Assembly: GCA_947303465.1 (NCBI GenBank)
Contig: CAMYYI010000004.1
Location: 7,903-71,902, forward strand
Reading direction: 5' to 3'
Length of the DNA stretch: 64,000 bases
DNA from: an uncultured Bacteroidales bacterium
GTDB lineage: Bacteria; Bacteroidota; Bacteroidia; Bacteroidales; UBA932
The notes under the pieces are model-generated. The model did not search any database and was not told where the DNA came from. It was given only the letters and a program-made list of their open reading frames with translations. Of this stretch, positions 37,529-46,843 are shown piece by piece; position 1 is the first letter of the stretch; every line of letters starts with the position of its first letter. A program made the translations under genes and the position numbers.

Positions 37529-39277
37529 ATGAAACACAGAATTATTTCAGCGATAATCCTGGTCTGCGCATTCGCAGGCTGCTCCAGGTTTGACGAGATG
37601 AGCAAGAATCCGTATGCACTCTACGAGGCCCCGGCTGAGTCTTTCGTGCATCCCATCATGTTCAAGACGCAGTACAACCTGATAAGCATCTTCCGCAACA
37701 CTACGGTTTTCCTCTCGCAGTACGCGGTTACCACCAACTCCGAGTCCAGCTCCCGTATCGTGGGCAATTACAACATTCCCGAAGGTACGTCGGACGATAT
37801 CTGGACTGCCATCTATCTCCAGTATGGCAACGCCATGTACATGTACGACCAGGCGGTGAAGGAAAACAGCGCCTCCATGCAGGCGGTGGCCCTGGTGCTC
37901 CGGTCTTTCCTCATCATGCAGATAACCGACACCTACGGAGACGTTCCGTTCAAGGAGGCCGGCCTGCTGCCGCTTGCCGGTACCACTGACAAGTACTCCA
38001 CGGCTTATGACAGCCAGAAGGATATCTACCGTTCAATCTTCTGCATGCTGGAAGACGCCAACGAGCTGTTCGCCAAGAGCGAGGACCTTCACTTCTCTGC
38101 CATCTGCGACAAGACCTTCGGCGGCGATCTCGACAAATGGCGCCGCTTCGGCAACTCCATCTACGCCCGTGCGCTTATGCGCGCCGGCATGAAGACGATG
38201 GAGGAAAGCAACGGCGTACTGGATCTGGATGACCCCTGGGGCTCCGTGAACGTACGCATCAAGCTCTCCGAAATATACGACTGCTTCGTGAGCGGAAGCG
38301 GCGACTATCCCGTGATGCGCAGCCGCGCAGACCGTCCCATGGTTCCGTTCAGCATCCAGAACGAGACCGAGCAGACCCCGTTCTACACCACCACCAACGG
38401 CATCTGGAACTCCGTCGCCGTGTGTGACGTGCTCACCAGGCGCATGCTGGATTACACGGAAGCCGTGGATTCCGACGGACAGAAGTACTACAAGTACAAG
38501 GCTGGCGCCTACAATGTGCTGAGTCCTTCCACAGGTCACGCGGAAGATCCCCGTTTCGACTGCTGGTGGCGCAAAACCAACGGCATACCCAACCAGATGC
38601 TCAATGCGGCCCAGGTAAAGTTCCTGGACAACAGCGAGCACAAGTCCAGTGCAGGCAACTCCCTTATCGGGCGCATGACCTACGGAAACGACTATCCGTC
38701 CGCCATTTCGCAGCAGATTTTCGATCTCAAGAATGCATCGTCCTATCCGCTCATGAACTACTCCGAGCTGTACTTCATCTTTGCGGAGGCCGGTGCGCGC
38801 GGCTGGATTTCTTCCGCTTCCGGCCTGGGCGCCTATCTGGCGCTGCTCAAGCAGGGCGTTACCGAGAGCATCCTGGAATGGAATCCTTACGTAACCGCAG
38901 AATCCCCTCAGGTTGTAGATTACGTGAACTACGTCACCAACGGAGAGGAATACAGCGGCGATACTTTCAACTCGGACAATGCCCTCGAGGCCATACTCAC
39001 GCAGAAGTGGATAGCATCCTTCTTCATCGGAATTGAGTCCTGGTGCGACTATCGCCGTACCGGCTACCCCATCCTTCGCACGGACGGACCTGCCGCAGGC
39101 AACAACCACATCCTGCCTACGCGTCTGCGTTATCCTTCCGACGAACCCTACCGGAATCCGGAACACTATCAGGCGGCGCTTGACAGCTGGCTCGGCGGCA
39201 CCAACAACATCCAGACGGATGTATGGTGGGCCGATACCAAGGAGAGCAAGGCTATCAGACTTTTGGGCAGACAGTAA
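37529..39277 (+). CDS. susD: SusD/RagB lipoprotein
   Basis: Lipobox FAGC; TDTYGDVPF, ELYFIFAE, ILTQKWIA, ESWCDYRRTGYP, PTRLRYP, TDVWW. Confidence 0.92.
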   Translation: MKHRIISAIILVCAFAGCSRFDEMSKNPYALYEAPAESFVHPIMFKTQYNLISIFRNTTVFLSQYAVTTNSESSSRIVGNYNIPEGTSDDIWTAIYLQYGNAMYMYDQAVKENSASMQAVALVLRSFLIMQITDTYGDVPFKEAGLLPLAGTTDKYSTAYDSQKDIYRSIFCMLEDANELFAKSEDLHFSAICDKTFGGDLDKWRRFGNSIYARALMRAGMKTMEESNGVLDLDDPWGSVNVRIKLSEIYDCFVSGSGDYPVMRSRADRPMVPFSIQNETEQTPFYTTTNGIWNSVAVCDVLTRRMLDYTEAVDSDGQKYYKYKAGAYNVLSPSTGHAEDPRFDCWWRKTNGIPNQMLNAAQVKFLDNSEHKSSAGNSLIGRMTYGNDYPSAISQQIFDLKNASSYPLMNYSELYFIFAEAGARGWISSASGLGAYLALLKQGVTESILEWNPYVTAESPQVVDYVNYVTNGEEYSGDTFNSDNALEAILTQKWIASFFIGIESWCDYRRTGYPILRTDGPAAGNNHILPTRLRYPSDEPYRNPEHYQAALDSWLGGTNNIQTDVWWADTKESKAIRLLGRQ

Positions 39278-39289
39278 AATTGGAAGACC

Positions 39290-42199
39290 ATGAAACATAT
39301 ACATTATTTGCTTTTGTGTTTCGTTCCGCTCCTGCTTGCAGGCTGCGAGACCGTCAAACCTACGGACGAGGAGATACTTGCATCCCGTGAGTTCACTACC
39401 CTCGACGTACATTACTCCTTCGCCGGCTCGCCGGTGTCGGCCCTGTCTTTCGACCACAAGCCTTCCAGGTACACTCTGGACGTAGACCTCAACGACCCCA
39501 ACCTCCGCTGGACCCTGGAGTCCGACCGCGACTGGTGCAAAATCGCCCCCCAGGGCAACAGGGGCCCCGGAGCCATTGCAATAGACATTGCCTCCAATGA
39601 GGACTTCGAAGCCCGTGAAGAGGCTACCCTCACCTTCGTGGCAGGCGAGTACCGCGGATTCCGCATCAAGGTGAACCAGGATGCGGCGGCCTTCGTGCTC
39701 GGACAGCCGTTCTTCGTCGCCCCCGTTGGCGGCGGCAGCTACAGCTGCAAGGTCACGACCCCCGCCGGAGTGTCATGGGACGTGAAATCCGACGGCTGGC
39801 TGAGTGTCAGCAAGGGCGATACAGCCGCTTCCGGCGAGTATTCGGTATCTACCCTGACCGTCAACGTGGCAGCCGCTTCCGGCGCATCCCGTTACGGTAC
39901 GGTTACGCTCACTTCCTCCAACGGCGAGGGCACCATCAACGTGTTCCAGTTCGGAACAGAGCACAAATATGACGCGGATGGCAACCTGCTGCTGCCCGGA
40001 GACGGCTCCAGTGTGGATATTACGGTGCCGCGTTATATGGTTGCCGGCGTTGAGGTTCCCGATTACGCTGACTTCGAGATAAAGGATGGCGACGGAGACA
40101 CCGCCGTGCTCACCCTTACTCTGGGCGAGAACCTGAGCGACTGCTCGGAGAACCGCAGCCTGGATGCAGTGGTGATGCTGGCCAACAGCTCTGCGACCCT
40201 GGTCGCCCTGCCCAAGATAGTGCAGGAGTACAAGGCTGCCCATGGCCTGGTGACCTACAAGGGCCTGATGGCATTTGCCAATGCAGTTGCCAACGGGCAG
40301 TCCACGGCCGACTGGGAAAAGGACGGCGTGGTAGTGGTGGTAGGCGACATCAACATGTATGACGCTACCGGCTGGCCCGGCATTGGAACGGAGAAGAGCC
40401 CCTTCAAGGGCAGCTTCGACGGCGGCGGGCACAGCATCCTGAACCTGCGCAACTCTTCGCACGGCCTGTTCAATTACTGCAAGGGCGCCACTGTGAAGAA
40501 CATTACTCTCGGTAAGGGAAGCGCGCTGTTCACAGATGCCGAATACAAATCCAAGGCTTATCTGGGAGGCATTGTCTCCAGGGCTGAGAGCACGACCATA
40601 GAAGGTTGCGGCCTTGCATGCGACATAGACTTCGGCGGAACCAGCGATATGGACGAGTCCTTCGCATACATCGGAGGAGTTGTCGGCTGGGCAGACTCCA
40701 AGTCCAGCATCAAGGGCGCCAAGATGAACGGAAAGGTGAACCTGTCTTGTCCTTCGGCGGATGGTGCGGAATGTTATGTCGGCGGTATCGCCGGCCTCTG
40801 CGAAGGCGCGCTCACGGCATCCGAGGTTCTAGGAAAGGTCAACTATTCCGCAGGTATTCCCACGGTTTACATAGGAGGCATGGAAGGGGCTCTCGTTCAG
40901 GGTGCCAGCGTTGGCAACAACTCCTTCATGGGAACCATCACCCTGGGTGGTAATGCAGAGGAGGTTGCCCTAGGCGGCTTGTACGGACGCATTGACGGCG
41001 ACCGCAGTTTCGACTCCGCAAGTGACAGGTCCGTGCAGCTCGGTGCCATTAACATCAACTCGTTCCGTCCCATATCTACCGGTTTGATTTATGTCGGAGG
41101 CTTTGCCGGCCTTGTTTCGGACGGTGCAACCGTCAGTTTCAAGGGATATGAGGCCCAGACCAACATCGTTCTCGACTGTGCATCGGCGGCAAGGACAGCC
41201 AAATACCTTTGCATAGGCGGCATACTGGGCGCCTGCGACCTTGCCGGTCCCGTTGCCAAACTTACTTTCGATGGCATAGTCACTTCCGGCAGCATCAGGA
41301 TAAAGTATGACACTACGATCGCATGCACCGTGCGGCGCATGTGGATAGGCGGTCTTACCGGATTTGTGAACGGCCCCGCCGACTTCAAGGGCTGCTCCAA
41401 TAAGGGTGATGTGGGCAAGTACGACGGCGGTATCTATTGCGCCAGGTCCAATGGCTACAATGAGATAGCCGGTGGTATTGCCGGATACGCCCAGGGCGGC
41501 AACGTCAGTTTCGATAACTGTGTAAACCAGGGCGGTGTCTACAACCACATGTACAACAACAACGGAATCACCGGCGTCTCGGAGAATATGTACACGCCGT
41601 CGGTCTGCGGAGGTATCCTGGGCGCTTTCAACTACGGCACGACCGTAGAGGGCAATACCCTCACGATTACCTCCTGCACCAATGCCAAGGAGATATTCTC
41701 GTACCGCGGTTATACCGGCGGCATAGTCGGATTCTGCCACAACGCCACCATCAGCGGATGCCGGAATATCGGAAGCCTGAATAACGGTACCAGCGACCAG
41801 TCCGCGTACCGCGGCGGCATAGCAGGCGCTGCAGGCAATGCTACTATCAGCGATTGCATTGCAACCTGTGACGTAACGGCACTGGTATACGGAAGCGCCG
41901 ACTACGGCAGCGGCGGAGGCATACTGGGTTACGCCAGGGATGCTGCGACAAGTAGTGACAAGGTAAAGATCGACGGGTGCTCGTTCTTCGGTAACGTAAA
42001 GGCCGACAAGAAGGCCACGGACAAGCCGGAGTATCCCGGCGGCCTAGTAGGCTTTGCCAACGATATATGCACCATCTCCAACTGCAAGTTCGGCGGTAAC
42101 GTACAGGGTATAGACATTACCGAGAACAATGTGGCCGCCAATGCGGTCGGAGGCGGTGGCGGCAATGTGTCCGGAATATCTTACTGGTCTGGTAACTGA
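39290..42199 (+). CDS. BACON-domain + GLUG-repeat surface lipoprotein
   Basis: Lipobox LAGC; WTLESDRDWC..NEDFEAREE BACON-like units; GIGTEKSPFKGSFDGGGHSI; GGIVG repeats. Confidence 0.75.
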   Translation: MKHIHYLLLCFVPLLLAGCETVKPTDEEILASREFTTLDVHYSFAGSPVSALSFDHKPSRYTLDVDLNDPNLRWTLESDRDWCKIAPQGNRGPGAIAIDIASNEDFEAREEATLTFVAGEYRGFRIKVNQDAAAFVLGQPFFVAPVGGGSYSCKVTTPAGVSWDVKSDGWLSVSKGDTAASGEYSVSTLTVNVAAASGASRYGTVTLTSSNGEGTINVFQFGTEHKYDADGNLLLPGDGSSVDITVPRYMVAGVEVPDYADFEIKDGDGDTAVLTLTLGENLSDCSENRSLDAVVMLANSSATLVALPKIVQEYKAAHGLVTYKGLMAFANAVANGQSTADWEKDGVVVVVGDINMYDATGWPGIGTEKSPFKGSFDGGGHSILNLRNSSHGLFNYCKGATVKNITLGKGSALFTDAEYKSKAYLGGIVSRAESTTIEGCGLACDIDFGGTSDMDESFAYIGGVVGWADSKSSIKGAKMNGKVNLSCPSADGAECYVGGIAGLCEGALTASEVLGKVNYSAGIPTVYIGGMEGALVQGASVGNNSFMGTITLGGNAEEVALGGLYGRIDGDRSFDSASDRSVQLGAININSFRPISTGLIYVGGFAGLVSDGATVSFKGYEAQTNIVLDCASAARTAKYLCIGGILGACDLAGPVAKLTFDGIVTSGSIRIKYDTTIACTVRRMWIGGLTGFVNGPADFKGCSNKGDVGKYDGGIYCARSNGYNEIAGGIAGYAQGGNVSFDNCVNQGGVYNHMYNNNGITGVSENMYTPSVCGGILGAFNYGTTVEGNTLTITSCTNAKEIFSYRGYTGGIVGFCHNATISGCRNIGSLNNGTSDQSAYRGGIAGAAGNATISDCIATCDVTALVYGSADYGSGGGILGYARDAATSSDKVKIDGCSFFGNVKADKKATDKPEYPGGLVGFANDICTISNCKFGGNVQGIDITENNVAANAVGGGGGNVSGISYWSGN

Positions 42200-42204
42200 T
42201 TGGC

Positions 42205-43857
42205 ATGAAGAAGCTTCTGTTAGCGTTTTGCGCGTTTGCGCTGTTTGTCTGTTGCAACCCGGAAGATCCTGACAATCCGGGTGGCAACGGCAAACCGGTC
42301 GTAAAGGAATACACCATTAGCGGAGTGGTCTCCGGGAACGACGGCAAGGGAATCAAGGACGTGGTGGTGAGCGACGGTCTCAACTGTGTGCTCACGGACG
42401 CCGACGGCAGGTATTATCTCAATGCTGACCTGGCGGGTACGGATTATGTCTTCGTGTCCACCCCGTCCGCGTATGCGGCACCCGTCCAGGACGGCCACGC
42501 CTGTTTTTGGAAGTTCCTGAAAGACTGCACCAAGGGCGCCGACGGCAAGTATTCCGTGGATTTCACCCTGAACAAGGTTTCCTCCCAGGATCGTTTTGCC
42601 TTGTTCCTCTTCGCCGACCCCCAGCCGCGCAAGCGTACGGCCGGGCTGGACAAGGTAGCCTACCATGCCCTGGACTGCTGCGAAGACATGTATCGAGACA
42701 TGAAGGAGTATGCCGCCACGTTCAAGGGCCGTCCGGTCTATGGCATCGGACTGGGAGACATAGTCCATCAGGATCTGTCTCTCCTGTCGCAGTACAGGAA
42801 CGGCATGTCCACTACTGGAGTCGTCACGTACAACGTAATAGGGAACCACGATCAGCAGCACATACTCAACCAGAGTGACGAAGAAGCTTCCAAAGCCTTC
42901 GAAGCCATAATGGGGCCCGTGAACTTTTCCTTCAATCTGGGAGGAATGCATTTCCTGATGCTGGACAACATGATAGCCTCCGGCCCCGGATCGGGCAAGT
43001 ACAGCGACGAATGCACGACCGGCCTCACGGACGCTATCTGGGAATGGGTCAAGAACGACCTGGCCCTGGTACCTTTCTCCACCCCCCTGATGGTCTGCGC
43101 CCATTCTCCGATGATGCGCACGCAGGGCGGGAAGGACCGTACGGGTCCCCATCTCGCGGATCTCAGGGGCATATTGTCAAAGTTCCCCAAGGCATACGTT
43201 TGGGCAGGGCATTCCCATTCCACCTTCAATTTCGTAGATAAAGACAATCCCGTCATTGAAAGCCATACCCTTACCCGTGTTACCGGGGCCCTCTGGACCA
43301 ATGAGTATCTTGGCTCCAACGGCACTCCGAGAGGTTACGTGGTGCTGGACTACGACAACGGAAACGTGTCCTGGAAGTTCAAGCCGATCTTCTATCAATC
43401 GAGCGCCTACACAGGCAACGGCAACAATGGCCGCACGCCTTCTTACGACTGGCGCGACTGGGACTACGTGGGCGGCAAGGCCGTTATGAAATCCGGCGGC
43501 AAGGCCCTGGACGACAGCTACCAGATGCAGGTTTTCCCTCCCGGGACCTACGGCGACAAGTATCTCTATGTCAATGTATTCCTCTGGGACGAACTGTGGC
43601 AGGCTCCTCGACTGACCGTGGACGGGGTTCCGGCCACGATGAAGAGGGTGACGGAGAAGGACTACCGCTATTCCTTCAGCGACTGGGACATCACTTCCTT
43701 CTATAATGCCAACACGAGCGTCGGGTCGGAATTCGTGCCGGACAAGAACAACTGCGACTCCATGTTCCGTGTGTACGTGGAGACGGAGCACGGCAGCGGC
43801 ACGGTTAGTGTGAAAGACAGGTTCGGCAATACATTTACATCAACTGTTACATGGTAA
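42205..43857 (+). CDS. Calcineurin-like metallophosphoesterase lipoprotein
   Basis: DVVVSDG; ADPQ, LGDIVH, IGNHD, AHSP, AGHSH; ends DRFGNTFTSTVTW. Confidence 0.88.
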   Translation: MKKLLLAFCAFALFVCCNPEDPDNPGGNGKPVVKEYTISGVVSGNDGKGIKDVVVSDGLNCVLTDADGRYYLNADLAGTDYVFVSTPSAYAAPVQDGHACFWKFLKDCTKGADGKYSVDFTLNKVSSQDRFALFLFADPQPRKRTAGLDKVAYHALDCCEDMYRDMKEYAATFKGRPVYGIGLGDIVHQDLSLLSQYRNGMSTTGVVTYNVIGNHDQQHILNQSDEEASKAFEAIMGPVNFSFNLGGMHFLMLDNMIASGPGSGKYSDECTTGLTDAIWEWVKNDLALVPFSTPLMVCAHSPMMRTQGGKDRTGPHLADLRGILSKFPKAYVWAGHSHSTFNFVDKDNPVIESHTLTRVTGALWTNEYLGSNGTPRGYVVLDYDNGNVSWKFKPIFYQSSAYTGNGNNGRTPSYDWRDWDYVGGKAVMKSGGKALDDSYQMQVFPPGTYGDKYLYVNVFLWDELWQAPRLTVDGVPATMKRVTEKDYRYSFSDWDITSFYNANTSVGSEFVPDKNNCDSMFRVYVETEHGSGTVSVKDRFGNTFTSTVTW

Positions 43858-46691
43858 TGAAAAGATTTCTGACTTGCATCATGCTGCTGGCCGCCTGCCT
43901 GGTTCTCCGGGCCGGAGGCATAGGTAACGCCAAGGATATGCAGGCGTTCATAGAGGCCTGCAACTCCGGAGCCGACATAATGCCCTGGTGCGACGCAGAC
44001 AGCACCGTCTGCCTCACTGCCGACATAGACCTCTCCAAGGTCCGCAAGATGCCCCAGGTTGCGTCTTTCGACCGTCGCTTCGACGGAAAGGGCTTCTGCA
44101 TCAAGGGCTGGAAGACCCAGTACGGCCTCTTCCATCTCCTCACTTCCAACGCCGAGGTGCGGGGGCTCACCATAGACTCTTCATGCACCCTTACGGTGGA
44201 TTCCAAGGCTGCCGAGTTCCGAGTGGGCTTCATAGCCGATACCAACGAGGGTGTCATACGCGACTGCGTGAACCGCGGCACCATAAAGCACAGCTGTTCC
44301 TATGCTGCCGGCCCTGTATTTGTCGGCGGCATCGCAGGATACAACCATTTCGTGGTTCTGAGCTGCACCAATGAAGGCAAGATATTCTCCGACGTGTCCG
44401 GAGAGGCCAAGGAGAGCGTGTTCCTTGCCATCGGCGGCATCACCGGCGGTTCCGCAGGCAATCCTGCAAACTGCAGCACGGTTGCCCGCTGTCGTAACAA
44501 CGGTGAGGTAGGAGCCGTGTGCAGCCTGGTCTCGCTGTTCATCGGCGGCATAAGCGGCAACAGCGGCAAGACGTCTATAAAATACTGCACGAACTACGGC
44601 AAGGTCAATGCCGACATACGCGCCACCGAGGACGGCTCCATAAAGGGATGGGCCCGCGCCGGCGGTATTGCCGGACAGACCAAGGCTGATATAATCCGTT
44701 CCGACAATTTCGGCTATGTAGTGGCCGAAGGCGCCTGTGCCGCCAACACCGGCGGTATCGTGGGTATGCCTCATGCCGCCGTGGTCATCGCCGACTGCCT
44801 CAATTACGGCAAGGTGGAGTCCCTGACGGAGAACGTATCCAACACCGGCGGCATTGCCGGCAACATAGGACGTCCGGTCCACGTGCGCAAGTGCGAGAAC
44901 TGGGGAGAAGTCCGCTTCGACGGCATAAGTTCCCGCAGCCGTTCCACTGCAGGAGGTATAGTGGGCAATATATACGTGGTCGATTCGGCCACCGCGGGCA
45001 CTTATGTGCGGGAATGCGTCAACCACGGTAACGTTTATGCGGGAGCCGGCGGCAACAAGTACGACTCCAACAACCGCAACGCCATCCATGCCGCCGGAAT
45101 AGTGGCGTACGCGGAAGGGCGCAACGATCTGCTTGCATTCGTGACCGACTGCACCAACGAGGGCAACGTCACCTGCGTCTCTGGGCGCAAGGGGTCGATA
45201 TGCGCTACTGCCACAGGTATTCGTACGGGCGGAAGCGCCACCATGGATCAGGCGGTTCCGGTAAAGTTGACTCCGGGTGCGCCGAACGTGAGCGGTACAG
45301 TTCTGACTCAGGACGGCAAGCCTCTGGAGGGTATAGTCGTAACCGACGGACGCCAGTGCGTCAAGACCGGAGCCGACGGCAGCTATTCCATGACCAGCGA
45401 CCTGTCGGAGGCCCGCTTTGTCTATCTGAGCCTGCCGGCGACGGTGGAGATACCTTTGAAAGACGGGGTTCCCGCCTTCTTCCGCCGCATCCCCCGTTAT
45501 GCCGAGGCTGTCAAGGCGGACTTCGTGCTCACGCCCAAGCAGAAGGTGGATAATTATACCATCATGATGATTGCCGACCCTCAGGTGAGGCCTTACGGGG
45601 TTGACGGCTCCATGGAGACGTGGCACGATTCCGTGGCTCCCGATGCCGAGGCTTTCCGCGCCAGTTGCAGCGGAGAGGTCTATTCCATCAACCTGGGCGA
45701 CCTGGTGTACAACTTCATGAATGCCTGGGACGACTACATGGACGCGGCCGCCCAGGTCAAGTGCCCTACTTTCAATGTGATAGGCAATCACGATTATGAC
45801 CAGGCGAATCTCTTCGAGACGGAGCAGGGCAATGTGTATTACGAGACTTACGTGGGTCCGGACCACTATTCCTTCGACCTCGGAGAACTGCACTTCATCG
45901 TTTTGAATACCATTCTCTACGACCGTCCGTCTCCGAAACAGAGTTATCACTACGGCTTGGACGACCGCGCCTTCGCATGGCTGCAGGCAGACCTGGCAAA
46001 TGTGCCCAAGGACAAGGTGATACTGACCTGCTCGCACCACAATCCCTTCAAGACGCCCAATGCTTCGCCGCACGGCTCGCACAACGTGTACAGCATGCAC
46101 TACAACGACTATCTGCCGTTGCTCTCGTCTTACAGGGAAGTGTATGCATGGAACGGTCATAACCATAAGAACTTCTATTACAACTATTTGGGCAAGGAAA
46201 CCAAGCACGGTGCCCCCAACATCCAGTGTATCAGCGTCGCCCGCTGTACTGGAGCCCTGCGTCTGAACAAGTGGCTCGGCCCCTTCGGCGACCCTCAGGG
46301 CTATATGGTGGTCAACGTTAACGGCGACAAACTCGACTGGTACTACAAGTGCGTGGGCAAAGACAAGGATTTTCAGATGCATGTCTATGACCCTTCGCGT
46401 TCGGCGGACGGCAGCGTCCTGGTCAATATCTGGAACTGGTCCGAGGGCTGGAGCCAGCCCCAGTGGTACGAGAACGGCGTTCTCGTTGGGGAGATGGCCT
46501 TCTCTCCCGGCAGGGATCCGGATTACGTGGACCTCTACGCCACCGTTACCAACAAGACTACCCGCAGGTACTGTACGCCCGCAGAAGATGCCCTTTTGTT
46601 CAAGATTCGTCCCACGCCCGGAGTCAAGGGTGGGGAAGTGCGCGTTACAGACATGTTCGGCAACACTTACTCGCAAAGCATAACATGGTAA
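43857..46691 (+). CDS. Secreted GLUG-repeat + calcineurin-like metallophosphoesterase fusion
   Basis: TAATG coupling; GGIAG repeats, then GIVVTDG, ADPQ, LGDLV, IGNHD, NGHNH; ends DMFGNTYSQSITW. Confidence 0.85.
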   Translation: MKRFLTCIMLLAACLVLRAGGIGNAKDMQAFIEACNSGADIMPWCDADSTVCLTADIDLSKVRKMPQVASFDRRFDGKGFCIKGWKTQYGLFHLLTSNAEVRGLTIDSSCTLTVDSKAAEFRVGFIADTNEGVIRDCVNRGTIKHSCSYAAGPVFVGGIAGYNHFVVLSCTNEGKIFSDVSGEAKESVFLAIGGITGGSAGNPANCSTVARCRNNGEVGAVCSLVSLFIGGISGNSGKTSIKYCTNYGKVNADIRATEDGSIKGWARAGGIAGQTKADIIRSDNFGYVVAEGACAANTGGIVGMPHAAVVIADCLNYGKVESLTENVSNTGGIAGNIGRPVHVRKCENWGEVRFDGISSRSRSTAGGIVGNIYVVDSATAGTYVRECVNHGNVYAGAGGNKYDSNNRNAIHAAGIVAYAEGRNDLLAFVTDCTNEGNVTCVSGRKGSICATATGIRTGGSATMDQAVPVKLTPGAPNVSGTVLTQDGKPLEGIVVTDGRQCVKTGADGSYSMTSDLSEARFVYLSLPATVEIPLKDGVPAFFRRIPRYAEAVKADFVLTPKQKVDNYTIMMIADPQVRPYGVDGSMETWHDSVAPDAEAFRASCSGEVYSINLGDLVYNFMNAWDDYMDAAAQVKCPTFNVIGNHDYDQANLFETEQGNVYYETYVGPDHYSFDLGELHFIVLNTILYDRPSPKQSYHYGLDDRAFAWLQADLANVPKDKVILTCSHHNPFKTPNASPHGSHNVYSMHYNDYLPLLSSYREVYAWNGHNHKNFYYNYLGKETKHGAPNIQCISVARCTGALRLNKWLGPFGDPQGYMVVNVNGDKLDWYYKCVGKDKDFQMHVYDPSRSADGSVLVNIWNWSEGWSQPQWYENGVLVGEMAFSPGRDPDYVDLYATVTNKTTRRYCTPAEDALLFKIRPTPGVKGGEVRVTDMFGNTYSQSITW

Positions 46692-46712
46692 CAACTAACA
46701 CTATATAATATT

Positions 46713-46841
46713 ATGAGCAAACTTGTTTACAACGCCCCGGTTTCCGAAAGAATCGAGGCCATTACAGCGGAGGTCCTGGCAGATTCCGTCACCGGGTCCT
46801 ACACAACGCCGGATTTGACGGAAGAAGAACTGCTGTGGTAA
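46713..46841 (+). CDS. 42-aa micro-ORF preceding adhesin 3
   Basis: MSKLVYNAPVSERIEAITAEVLADSVTGSYTTPDLTEEELLW*; stop lies 2 nt before ATG 46844. Confidence 0.7.
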   Translation: MSKLVYNAPVSERIEAITAEVLADSVTGSYTTPDLTEEELLW

Positions 46842-46843
46842 TC

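Noticed and set aside
31953..46694. Very long minus-strand ORFs (708, 569, 474, 837 aa)
   Set aside because: Antisense mirrors of GC3-rich + strand genes that carry clear family motifs
17252..46841. Micro-ORFs as lasso/RiPP precursors of a biosynthetic cluster
   Set aside because: A YxxP motif is present, but no cyclase, leader peptidase, RRE, radical SAM enzyme or dedicated exporter is in the window
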